64,000 nucleotides of DNA from Octopus sinensis (taxonomy: Eukaryota), in the NCBI RefSeq assembly GCF_006345805.1, contig NC_043002.1, positions 50,034,001 through 50,098,000 of the forward strand, given 5' to 3'. Both the position numbers and the translations under genes were made by a program. Within the stretch, counting starts at the first letter, position 1; every line of letters begins with the position of its first letter. Under the pieces are notes generated by a model, which ran no database searches, was not told the DNA's origin, and saw only the letters and a program-made list of their open reading frames with translations. Positions 50,251 through 62,122 of the stretch are shown here, one piece after another.

Positions 50251-51117
50251 TGACGTGGTATCAAAAAGTTCCAGGACTAGTTATGTTTAATAAAATATAA
50301 CTTATTTACCTAAGTTTTAACATTATCTCCTTTGAAATAGCCACTTTGCACTGCAATACACCTGTCCCAGTGGTCTTACCACTTTTGGAATTCGGCCTGG
50401 AAGTCATTTTCCATAAGTGAGTCGAAGACTTGTGATTCACTCTGGATGTTAACAACGGTGTTTTGAGCTGAATTTTCCTCTTGGGGAAGAGATGGAACTT
50501 TGCAGGTGCTAAATCTGGTGAATAGGATGGGTGCAGAAGGGATACCATGTTGCTTTTGGCAAGAAACTCAAGAGTGGGGAGGGAGCTAAGTGACAGGGTA
50601 CATTGTTGTGAAGAATCCACTTTTCATGCTTCACAGATCTGGTTGTTTTCACTGAATGTTCTTCCTCAAATGGTTCAAAACATCATTGTAGGACTCTCAA
50701 TCGACGATCTGGCGTCTGGGAGACGAATTGTTGATGCACAATACCACATTTCTGGTGGTGACACTTGTGGCAGGTTTTCCAGATTGCTCATCATCTCCCA
50801 GGGACATTCTTTCACTTTTGAAGCACCCATTACACTTAACACATTGTGTACGACCCATTGCCTTGTCATCATTAGCTTTGCCAAAATTTCACGTTGGCTC
50901 TTTGTTCCAACTTCTTGTCCATGACAAAAATTGCAGACTACAGTATACACATGATCACAAAAACGCAAGTTTCACAACTTGCAAAGTAAACGCAGCCATG
51001 TCAGTTGGCACAATGCCTCATGAAGGTCACTGCTAGCTCTCACTGCACATGGAGCTGTGTACTACTATCTGTTGGTGCACTACGAAACTAGTCTGGGAAC
51101 TTTTTGATACCACTTCA
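50251..51117 (-). mobile_element. Decayed, internally deleted mariner transposon
   Basis: ~30-bp TIRs TGA(C/A)GTGGTATCAAAAAGTTCC(AG/CA)GACTAG with TA at 50249-50250 and 51118-51119. Remnant peptides MDKKLEQRANVKF, WILHNNVPCH, LHPSYSPDLAPAKFHLFPK, HWDRCIAVQSGYFKGD. Confidence 0.9.
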
Positions 51118-51898
51118 TATATAATTAATACATAGGTGTTACACATACCAGCATGGAAAACAGACATTAAAAGTGGAGACTGTGACTGTGAATAAAATGG
51201 AAATAAGATTAAAAAATATATTCTCCTTGTGTGGCCCAGTTCCATTGCCCAGTGGTCAGGAACTTCTGGTGTCGTGTGTATGTTGTAAAGGTTGTGTTAT
51301 ATCGTAAGATGATGAGAAAATACTTAATACCTACAAACTGAGTAACCAGAGAGTTTTCCTTCCATCACCTATCAAGACTAAGGAGATTGTAGAGTTGGTA
51401 TTTAAGATTGTACAGCTTACACGAAATTCTTGCCCACCAACCATGGCTAGGGTTGATTAGGATTTATCTGGTGAAGACAAGATAAAGAAGAGCTGAAAAA
51501 ACGTAGTTAAATATTTTATGGTGGGACAGAGATGACGGTAGAAGCATGACAAACTAGATGAGAGTGTGTGATAAATAGTTAACTTAGAGCAACAAGGACA
51601 GCAACAACATAAAGAATCCCAATAAGGTTAAATCCTTAATGGTTTGGAGGTACAAAAAAGAGAGAGAAAAAAGAATTTGTCTCACAATCCCTGAAATGTA
51701 AAGCAAAACAAAACAAGGATGTGTTTCCAACATGGGAAAAGAAAAGGAAAATTTGAACACCTTAGACATTAGTCCCTTAATGCGTAGTTCTATACAACCA
51801 GTGGTTTCATAATGGTGTTGTTCTTCTGTAACATGGATGACCACTGTACTCTATATGAGTATAGGTCAGTGTGTGTATGTGTATATACTTATATTTAT

Positions 51899-52180
51899 AG
51901 GCACAGGTGTGGCTGTGTGGTAAGAAGCTTGCTTACCAACCACATGGTTCTGGGTTTAGTCCCCATTGTGTGGCACCTTGGGCAAGTGTCTTCTACTATA
52001 GCCTCAGACTGACCAAAGCTTTGTGAGTGGATTTTGTGTGCGGAAACTGAAAGAAGCCTGTCATATATATATGTGTCTGTGTTTGTCCTCCTCCCTCCAC
52101 CATCGCTTGACAACCAATGTTGGTGTGTTTACGTCCTCCTAACTTAGTGGTTTGGCAAAAGGGGCCAAAGAATATAAAAC
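51899..52180 (+). mobile_element. SINE family A, 3'-interrupted
   Basis: Head, core and the first part of the tail. Confidence 0.85.
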
Positions 52181-53744
52181 TGTGAGTTTGGAGGAATATA
52201 TTATCTGGGCAGATACCATGGTGGCTCTCAGTTAAGTTCCAATTACAGCTAACCACATCGATGCGTATTTAACATCTGTGACTACTATTAATTGCCAGTC
52301 ACTCTGTAAATTCCTTCAATGGAGTAATTCCCAGAAGAAGCTGCACCGAAAATTGTGCTGGGTTGCATCTACAATTGCCTGTAATCTGTCATAAAGACCA
52401 TAAAATATGCTGTTTAAAATTGTAAAAGAAGAGGAAATTAATTTTGAGGATTTGAGGATATATATATATATAATATATATATATATATGACGGACTTCTT
52501 TCAGTCTCTGTCTACCACATCCATTTACAATATAGCAACATTTCTCATAGCCCCAACAGACGAATTGGAAAAGGTGTTGCCCTGGAGGATGGCGAGGGGG
52601 AAGTGGAGAACATATGTGATCTCTAGGCAGGTAGCAGGGGAAAAAAACTTTAGAATGGATATTGGAGCACACTGCGAGAGGAAGTAGATAGAAAGGTGGT
52701 GGGAAGAAAGAGAGAGAGGATACGGAGAAACAAGGCTGCAGGATTAGGGAAAAGCAGATAGGAGAGGGAGAAGAAAGCAACATTGATGTAACAGAGTAAC
52801 ATCACTACAGGAGGGGAAGGAAGCAGAGCTGTGTCTGCTTTTAGGATGGAACTGCTTGTTTACGTATAGATGCAGACATGGGTAAATGGTTAAGTTGACT
52901 TCACGACATGGTTTGGGGTTCATTTTCATTGTATCGTATCATGAGCAAGTGTTTTCTCAAGCCGACCAATGCCTAGTGATTGAAATTGGTAGAGAGAAGC
53001 AGTCATGTATATATATATATATGTTGTTTGTGTGTGTGTGTGTGTGTGTCTGTGTGAATGTTTGCATATGTGTTTGTTCCATCTTCTTATCTGTGTCTTG
53101 ACATGGCTTACTCTTTAGTATTCAAAGAGGCCATGTCTGGCCCAAATACTCAGTTTTACATTCAAGCTGGGCAGACCTGGCCTCTCACACCTACCCTACA
53201 ATGGCATTCTAAAAATATACAATCACATCATCAAAATCTCAAAACAAACATGAATAAATAAGCATTACATTTGTCAGTGTTATCTGAATGCTAAAGGGTC
53301 AAAGAACAAAACAATGTCACCACTTTGTCAGTGTCATTATTTTTGCCTGCCTTAAACACACGGTCTTGTCATTGAGTGGTTCATCATATGAAAGACCTGG
53401 AGAATAAATACCTTACATGGACACAAGTCCTGTACTTATTGACAACAGGAGGAGAATACAGCCATAGAGTACTACATCACCCTTGGGAAATTGATGATGA
53501 TGATAAAATATAATAGAGTGTAGGATTGCACAGTGGGATACTGAACTAGATGAATGCATTGCAGTGTTTAGTTACATCCTTCTGCATACTAATTTCAAAT
53601 TCTGTCAAAGTTAATTTTTTTTTTAGTTAGTATTCTTTCAGCTCCAATTAAATAAGCACCTATCTTGTAACATGGTTGATCAAATTAAACTACATCTCCT
53701 TCACCTAACACTGTGACCTTGTGCTAAATCAGACTGGCAACATT

Positions 53745-54680
53745 GTCAGAGCATTAGGGAAAAAAATGCCTTCTGGGATTATTCGTTCCTGCTGTTCACT
53801 CACTGAGTTCCTGCCAAGGTCAACTTTGCCCTTCATCCTTTTAGGGTTGATGAACATAAAGTACTGAGGTAAGTTTATACCAACTAATGCCCCTCAAGAC
53901 AAAAGATTGCTGGACTTATGCTTAAACTAGAAACTGTTTTCTGGCTTTGCTATCTGAGTTCAAAATTCTACTGAGGTCAGCTTTGCCTGTCATCCTTTCT
54001 GGGTCATTAAAATGAGTACCAGTTAAGATCTAGGGGTTGATATGTCTAACTAGTCCTCTCCTCTCTACAAATTTCAGGCTTTGTACTTGTAGCAGAAGGA
54101 AAAAATTATTAGGTTTATTGTTAAAGCAGTAAACAGGAAGAATGGGCAAAATGCTTAGCCAGCTTTTCTTATATCTCTCTACTTTCTAAGTCCAAATACC
54201 TTTCATCCTTCTGGTGTACATGAACTACGTACCAGTTGAGCATTAGGGATGCTGTAATTGACTTACCCTTCTTCTCAAAATTGCTGGCATTGTGCTTCAA
54301 ATAGAAAAATTTATTATTGTTATTATTATTAACCCTTTCGATATTGATCTGCCCAAGATTGTCTCTGGTTGTATGACACAGACTTCATCTTTAAAGTGAT
54401 CTAAATTAAGCTCCTTCTTCAAAATTTCATTGAAGCAAAAGGCAGTGTATTCCAACAAAAAAGCAGCAAGCTGACAAAATCATTATCACGTAAGATGAAA
54501 TGCTCAGTGGCATTTCGCCTGTCTTTATGTTCTGAGTTCAAATCTCATCAAAGTCGACTTTGCCTTTCATCGTTTCAGGGTTGATAAATTAAGTACCAGT
54601 TGAGTGCTGGGGTCAATGTAATCGATTTAACCCCTCCCCCAATATTTCAGGCCTTGTGCCTTTAGCTGAAAGGATAATAA
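53745..54680 (+). mobile_element. Cluster of four head-to-tail SINE family C copies
   Basis: Copies at ~53745-53920, 53945-54105, 54125-54325 and 54490-54680, each with a CCTTTCATCCTT core; a fifth lies at 55574-55800. Confidence 0.75.
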
Positions 54681-54689
54681 TAATAATAG

Positions 54690-55558
54690 ATATTGCAGAG
54701 TAAACAATATCGTGAGGTTGTTGATTGAAGATATTGTGTCTACTGGGGGTTTATACAGTTTGTCAAGTCACATGTAGGACCTCAGGCAGACAGTATTTTA
54801 CGTAGTATTTGTGCAGTTCCAAGTAATGCCGACTTTTGCAATACACCTAGATTGTAGGGTATTTTTAAAGCTTTCAGATTTTTTGGGTTATACCCGCGCA
54901 GGTTCGTATCCTGCCCGCAGCGATTATTTGGCCGATGCCAGCGCCGCCTCGACTGGCTTCTGTGCCGGTGGCACATAAAAAGCGCCATCCGAATGTGGCC
55001 GATGTCAGCGCTGCCTTGGCTGGCTTCCGTGCCGGTGGCACGTTAAAAGCACCATCCGAACATGGCCGATGCCAGTGCCGCCTTGGCTGGCTTCCGTGCC
55101 GGTGGCACGTTAAATGCACCAACCGATCATGGCCGATGCCAGACCCCCCTGGCACCTGTGCAGGTGGCACGTAAAAAGCACCCACTACACTCGCGGAGTG
55201 GTTGGCGTTAGGAAGGGCATCCAGCTGTAGAAACACTGCCAAATCAGACTGGAGCCTGGTGCAGCCCCTGGCTTCCCAGACCCCGGTCGAACCGTCCAAC
55301 CCGTGCTAGCGCGGAAAATGGACGTTAAACGATGATGATGATGATTGGATTGTATTGAACCCAATCCTTTGATGACAATAGGGATAACTTTTATGTTTGA
55401 CTCTCGTAACTGTCTCATCTTAGTGATCTCAATTCTCAGGTTTCCATATTTATCAATCTTTTCTCTTTCTTTCATGATATGTTGATCATCTGGCACTGCC
55501 ACGTCAATTATTAGGCACTCTTGTTTGTCCCTCCTGAAGTTTACTATATCTGGCCTTT
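54690..55558 (-). mobile_element. R4/Dong-like REL-endonuclease LINE 3' remnant, split by a nested insertion (54895-55345)
   Basis: 55558-55346 reads RPDIVNFRRDKQECLIIDVAVPDDQHIMKEREKIDKYGNLRIEI...IPIVIKGLGSI; 54894-54782 reads NLKALKIPYNLGVLQKSALLGTAQILRKILSA*. Confidence 0.88.
54895..55345 (+). mobile_element. Family B element: tRNA T-arm remnant, 3.x copies of a 67-bp unit, RTE-type tail
   Basis: GCAGG-TTCGTAT-CCTGC (54898-54914); units start at 54931, 54998, 55065 and 55132; tail ends GGACGTTAAAC(GAT)n. Confidence 0.9.
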
Positions 55559-55949
55559 ATTATTATTATTATTAAGGTGGTGAACTGGAAGAATCGTTAG
55601 CATGCAGGACAAAAATTGCAGAATGTCATTTCTTCTCGCTTTACAATCTGAGTTTAAATTCTGTCAATGCAAACCTTGCGTGTCACCCTTACAGGGTCGA
55701 TGAAATAAGTACTAGTCAAGTTCTGAAACTTGTGTAATTGACTGTCTCCCTCTCACAACAGCTTACACCTTGTGGCCATATTAGAAGGGATTATCATTAT
55801 TATTGTTATCAAGTTGGTTGGCATTAGGAAGGGCATCCGGTTGTAAAAAGCATGCCAAAACAGACGGTGAATCCCGATGCAGTCTTCTGGTTTGCCAGTT
55901 CCTGTCAAACCATGAAACCCGTGCTAGTATGGAAGACAGACCTTAAATG

Positions 55950-56285
55950 ATGCTCCTCCTCCTCTTCTTCTTTTTCCACTTCATCCTCCTCCTCTTTCTC
56001 TTCTTCTTCCTCCTGTTCCTGTTCCTGCTCCTCTTCCTCCTGCTCCTCTTCCTCCTGCTCCTGTTCCTCTTCTCCTCCTCTTCATCATCCTCCTCTTCTT
56101 CCTCCTGTTCCTGTTCCTCTTCCTCCTGCTCCTGCTCCTCTTCCTCCTCCTCCTGTTCCTCTCTTCCTCCTCTTCATCCTCCTCCTCTTCTTCCTCCTCC
56201 TGCTGCTACTACTACTAATACTATCACCAAAACCACCACCACCACCACCATCACCACCAGTAGTATCACCATCACCATCAGGACA
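55950..56285. repeat. CT-rich (CCT/CTT/CCTGTT) and (CAC) low-complexity tract
   Basis: Directly visible; source of the poly-L/S/T ORF. Confidence 0.9.
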
Positions 56286-56639
56286 TTGATATCTTAGGAA
56301 GTATAATACTTTTTTTTTAGTTCATAAATTCCAAAAATGTTTGCTTTTATCACTTGTTGGCATGTAAAATGAAAAATGTCTCCACTTTCATTATATATAT
56401 CTTTTCGCAGTAATTTAATCATCACTACCACCAACGCCATCCCTTTCTCCTCAGCTACTCCTACTCTTATCGCCACCCCCACCATCACCATTGTCTCCTC
56501 CATCATCACTTCAACCATCATCACCATCTCTAAGCTTTATTTATCTGACAAGGAGGTGGTCTTTTGGTGGGGTTTTATTTTTTATTTCTTATTTAGCAAG
56601 TAGAAGTGCAGTGCCCTTGTTTTTGTTTTCGTACTCTGA

Positions 56640-56815
56640 CTGATGTGGCTGTGTGGTAAGAAGCTTACTTCCCAACCACATGGTTCTAGGTTCAGTCCCA
56701 CTTCATGACACTTTGGGAAAATGCCTTCTACTATGCTGTTGGACCAAAGCCTTGTGCGTGGATTTGGTAGACAGAAACTGAAAGAAGCCCATTGTATATA
56801 TATATATGTATATAT
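56640..56815 (+). mobile_element. SINE family A 5' half; its continuation resumes after ~57946
   Basis: Head and core up to the central (TA)n. GTGTGT...TGTCTGTGTTTGTCTCCTACCAC at 57946-57992 matches the post-microsatellite part. Confidence 0.75.
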
Positions 56816-56837
56816 ATAGTATGCACACGCATAGTGC

Positions 56838-57405
56838 AAAGGCTCACAATCATGAGGTAGTGAGTTCAATCCCCGGACCAGGCTGTGTGTTGTGTTCTTG
56901 AGTAAGACACTTTATTTCATGCTACTCTTGTTCACTTAGCTGTAGAAATGAGTTGCAACATCACTGGTACCAAGTTGTATCAGCCTTTGCCTTTCCCTTG
57001 CATAACATTGATGATTTGGAGAGAGGAGGCTGGTATGCATGGGCAACTACTAGTCTTCCATAAAAAATCTTCCCTGGACTTGTTCCTTTGATGGGAACTT
57101 TTTAGGTGCGCTCTCATGGTCACTTATGAGATCGCACCTAAAAAGTTCCCTTCCAAGGAACAAGTCTGGGCAAGATTTTTTATGGAAGACTAGTAGTTGC
57201 CCATGCATACCAGCCTCCTCTCTCCAAATCATCGATGTTATGCAAGGGAAAGGCAAAGGCTGATACAACTTGGTACCAGTGATGTTGCAACTCATTTCTA
57301 CAGCTAAGTGAACAAGAGTAGCATGAAATAAAGTGTCTTGCTCAAGAACACAACACACAGCCTGGTCCGGGGATTGAACTCACTACCTCATGATTGTGAG
57401 CCTTT
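56838..57405. repeat. 568-bp inverted repeat (280-bp arms, 8-nt loop) built from a family D SINE
   Basis: Arms 56838-57117 and 57126-57405 differ at 8 positions by my count; loop GGTCACTT. Confidence 0.97.
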
Positions 57406-57945
57406 AGGTCTCACCAAAGAAATGACTAGAGACCGAGACCTATGGAAGTATGCTGTGCGTGAGAAGACCCGGCAAGACCAGTGAGAACACTCAAAATCAA
57501 AATCAAAGCAAATCAAATCAGATATCAGAAAGCAGAGCCAAAATTGAGGTCGATCAACATCAGTGGAAATTGCAGCTGTGGTTAAGCGAACCATCCAATC
57601 GTGGTCGTTGCCGGTGCCGCCCCGCCTGGCCCCCATGCCAGTGGCACGTAAAAGCACCATCCGCTCGTGTCCGTTGCCAGCCTTACCTGGCCCCCGTGCC
57701 GGTGGCACGTAAAAGCACCATCCGTTCGTGGCCGTTTGCCAGCTCCGTCTGGCACTTGTGCGGGTGGCACGTAAAAAGCACCCACTACACTCACGGAGTG
57801 GTTGGCGTTAGGAAGGGCATCCAGCCGTAGAAACACTGCCAGATCTGACTGGGCCTGATGCAGCCTTCCGGCTTCACAGACCCCAGTTGAACCGTCCAAC
57901 CCATGCTAGCGTGGAAAACGGACGCTAAATGATGATGATGATGAT
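57406..57945 (+). mobile_element. 5'-truncated RTE-type LINE 3' end: last codons, 3'UTR with ~61-bp repeats, (GAT)n tail
   Basis: GLTKEMTRDRDLWKYAVREKTRQDQ* resembles RTE C-termini (M..DR..WR.AV); GTGGCACGTAAAAGCACC units at 57641, 57702 and 57764. Confidence 0.85.
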
Positions 57946-59939
57946 ATATGTGTGTGTGTGTGTGTCATTTTGTCTGTGTTTGTCTCCTACCACTGATTGA
58001 TAAAAAGATGACTTAACTTTCATATTCCTTTGAAATCAAAGACAGAAGCACTGCTGTGTTGAATTCCATGTTGTGACTACTTGTTCTTAGACATCAATTA
58101 TCAACTTTAATTTACACAGAGAGGAAAAGTCAATGAAAGGATCTGTGTACATCCATTAAAACTACTAGAAATAGAAGCCAGAGGTTCCTCAAATCAAATA
58201 CTACTGACCTAGGAAAAGGAAGATACATTTGATAATGTTAAGTGAAAATTGGAAAAAAAAAAAGACCTGATCTTTTATCTTTTGCGTCTTTCAGTGATTG
58301 GATTGCAGCCATGCTGAAACATTGCTTTTAAAGGGTTTAGACTAGTAAATCAAACGCAATATTTATTTTTAAGTCTGATACATATCTTACCAGTCTATTT
58401 TTCTAAAGTGTTAAGTTATAGGAATATAAACAAACCAACACTGGTTGCCAAGCTGTGATGGAGGACAAACACATATACACATGTTATCTGTGTTTGTGTG
58501 TGTGTGTATCTGCATTTTTGGGGGCCCATAGTTGGTATTGGAAATTTTTTTTTAGTCAACAGCAATTTGAGGAGCTTGATTAATGTTTGTTGCAAATCTT
58601 GAAGAAAGCGACTGGATACTCAAGTTACTGGCCTTAATGCTGCAAAAATGCTTTAAAAAAGCGGTTTATCTGCCTCTGGGTCTGCATTAGGCAAGAGGTT
58701 GAAAATGTTTTGGCTCATGACACTCCATGAACCCTACATGATGCATGTATAAAAATTTCATTAAAATCAGTTGGATGGATCTCGAGTTTTAATGACATGA
58801 CAAACACACTGACAGACACACATCCTGTGTTTTATATATATAGATATATATATGACTGACATCTTTCAATTTCTGTCTTCTAAATCTACTAACAAGGTTT
58901 TTGTTTGCCCGGGGCTAAAACTGAAGACACTTGTTTTCACATAGTGGGACTGAACCAAAGACCACATGGTTGGGAAACAAGCATCATATCCACACAGCCA
59001 TGCCTGTGCTTGTGTCTGAAAAAAAAAATGAAAGAAATGGTCATGAGTGGAATGCCTTTGATTAGAGATTAGAGATCTGCTGGATTGTGGACAACCTGAT
59101 ATTAAACAAGTTGACCCCATCTAAGAATTGTTGGAGCCAACAAAGCAAACTTTATGCAGACCCTTAGTCTAGAAATAGCAGCCAAATTTTCATACACTAC
59201 AATTGACTTAAAAAATGAACACATGTCTAATATATATATGTTTAAATAAATATGAAATATAAACTTTTGAAAATTAATTGTTAAACTACAAGTTTCGAAA
59301 ATCTATTAATTATTGTAAGTTCATGTGGCTCTCACAATCAAATTTCTATGCTTTGCTTGAGAATACTTAAATGTGTGCGTACTTCTGGATATGTATATAT
59401 ACACACACACACATGTATATATATATATGTACACACATACACACACATATATATATACATATATGCATACATACCGGGTCAGTTTACATATATACATATG
59501 AAGCTAGGTGGCTAATTGAATTATGGATAGGCGTATATATATATACACACATGCATAATACATAATTGGATTTAATTAAGGTTTCCATTTATCAACTTGA
59601 AGTCTATTCTATAAAATTTTTATATCCTGCAATTAAGTTTTCTTATGACAACAAAAGTCATATGTATATACACATATTGCTCATTTGTTTTTACTTTCAT
59701 TTCCCATGCTTGTATGGGTGAGAGATTTTATATATATGTACATACATACATATATGTATGTATATATATCTTACAAAAAAATAGAGATTTGGTTATGTAT
59801 GTAGTTGACTTTGTGTATGTGTAATTCAGTCACACTTGACACTCAAAGTAGACACATACACGCACACATAAAATGTAAATTAATTTAAATATTGAGAAAT
59901 TTAGTTTTGTTCTAACTTCATTATTGCATTTCACATTAT

Positions 59940-59992
59940 TATATGTATGTATGCATATGTATAGATATGTTATGCATGCATATTTGCATGTA

Positions 59993-60055
<63 letters not shown>

Positions 60056-60110
60056 TTAAATACATTCATATACGAGTCTGTGTGTGTGTGTGTGAGAGAG
60101 AGAGAGAACT
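59940..60110. repeat. (TA)n/(TG)n/(GA)n microsatellite block
   Basis: Directly visible. Confidence 0.92.
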
Positions 60111-60557
60111 TAAGAAAAGTTTGAATTGATTAAAATTTTTTGGAATATTATATGATTATTTGAAACAAATTAGATGGTAAATATTAATGCTTTTTTTTTT
60201 TTGTTGGAAATTTAATATAAATTTTGGCTTCTCTCTCTCTCTCTCCCTCTATTCTGTCCACCCCACTTCGTTCTTTTAATATGGAAGAACGCCTGCAAAA
60301 GCAACTGCAATAATGAATGTGCAATACTTTGGTGGCACCAATCTTGTTTATTCTGCACTTGCACTGTTTAATTGCTTCCTTGTGTGCATTGTGCAAATTG
60401 CATTGCATCTGTTTCCCCATAGTTATTGTGATACTGGTGTGACGTACACACAGTCAACAACAGCAACAGCAGCAATGATATCCAAAGGTTGCAGTCTAAA
60501 CGCTGTGGTTAGTTGTTGCATTGTCTCTGCGAAATTCGAAGAGTGTTTTATCTGGGT

Positions 60558-60775
60558 GTCTGTTTCAGTCATTTGGTTGTGGTCATGCTGGAACACTGCC
60601 TTTAAAGGGTTATAGCCAAAGAAATCGTCCTCAGGACTTAGTCTTTGTAATCCTAGTACTTACTCTATTAGTATCTTTTGCCGAACAGCTAAGTTACGGA
60701 AACATAAACACAGTAGCATCAGTTATCAAGCAACAGCGTGGGGGCGGGGTGGGGTGTGTGGAACACAGACACACA
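60558..60775 (-). mobile_element. SINE family A 3' half
   Basis: TTTCAGTCATTTGGTTGTGGTCATGCTGGAACAC...GCTAAGTTACGGAAACATAAACAC. Confidence 0.75.
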
Positions 60776-60821
60776 CACACACAAAGACACACACACACAC
60801 AAAGACACACACACACACAAA

Positions 60822-60867
<46 letters not shown>

Positions 60868-61305
60868 TATGAAATCAAAGGTAGAACAGAAAAAAACACA
60901 ATGCGGGGAAAAAGGACGATAACATGACAATGGTAAAACATGACACATGGATCATTTGCAGCCAATTGCCTTTTCGGTCGGAGTCCATGTAGTTTCGCCC
61001 ACTTCTCTCTGATAGTTCTTGAAACGGGTTTGGCCAGGGATCTAAGCTAAAAGCATGAAGCCTCTGGGCAGGGCAAATGAATGTACATATACGAAAACAA
61101 ATAAGTAAACAGCAGAAAGGGTCTTTCGACTGTCGGACAAATGTAATAGCATTATACATGTACAATGAAATAGAATTATACATAAACAATGGACAAACGC
61201 CTTTCAGCTATACAACAAAAGGAAAATAATTATACAATTAGAACAAAAATAAAATAAAACAAACATGGTCTTTTGACTTTACACAATGGGCTTCTTTCAG
61301 TTTCT

Positions 61306-61536
61306 TCTTTCTTTACTGCCCACAAAGGGCTATACACAGAAAGGACAAACAAGGACAGACAAACGGATTAAGTCCATATCAACCCCAGTGCATAACTGGT
61401 ACTTAATTTATTGACCCTGTAAGGATGAAAGGCAAAGTCGACCTCAGCGGAATTTGAACTCAGAACGTAATGGCAGACGAAATACCGCTAAGCATTTTGC
61501 CCGGCGTGCTAATGCTTCAGCCAGCTCGCCGCCTTT
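61306..61536 (-). mobile_element. SINE family C head and core with Tx1-like tail, inserted into a family A SINE with a 16-bp TSD
   Basis: TSD GCTTCTTTCAGTTTCT at 61290-61305 and 61537-61552. Head AAGGCGGCGAGCTGGC...GAGTTCAAATTCCGC; tail ...AGCCCTTTGTGGGCAGTAAAGAAAG. Confidence 0.92.
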
Positions 61537-62122
61537 GCTTCTTTCAGTTTCTGTCTACCAAATCCATTCACAAGGCTTTGGTCGATCTGAGACTATAGTA
61601 GAATACACTTGCCCAAGGTGACGTGCAGTGGGACTGAACCTGGAACCATGTAACTGGGAAGCAAGCTTCTTACCACATAGTCATGCTTGCACCTCTTTGT
61701 ATCTCTTTGTTTCAAAGAATGGGTTGGAGTTACTACTTCTTGAGGTGACATTTCTTCATCCAAATCAGTATTGCCAAACCTAAACATGTTTTCAAAAATT
61801 TTGAGAATACCCAGAAGAAAAAAACATAATCACTATATACCTGTAAAGGAATGCTGAACTGGTTCATTTTCAACCAGCTATCAATATTGGAACAATTTCT
61901 GTCAGACCCACACTAGATATAAAAAATATTTGTTTTGAAAAGGTCACCTTCATTTCCAACATGCATGCCATATCAGGTAAATAAGAATTGTGACCAGAGG
62001 CATTATTGTCCAGCAAATTCATACGTCACATTTTGGATGCTCTTCAAAAAATTCAACATATATTCTAAATAAACAGTTTTGGGTATTCAAAACTTCATTG
62101 TGAAAAATGAATCAATATAGTA

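Noticed and set aside
55947-56297. 116-aa Leu/Ser/Thr-rich ORF
   Set aside because: Translation of a CT-rich simple repeat.
60875-61189. GC-richer unique segment (~60950-61063, minus strand) as an exon, e.g. DPWPNPFQELSERSGRNYMDSDRKGNWLQMIH or IPGQTRFKNYQREVGETTWTPTEKAIGCK*
   Set aside because: Possible AG acceptors exist, but there is no good donor and no recognisable domain. Not supportable without BLASTX or RNA-seq, though not excluded.
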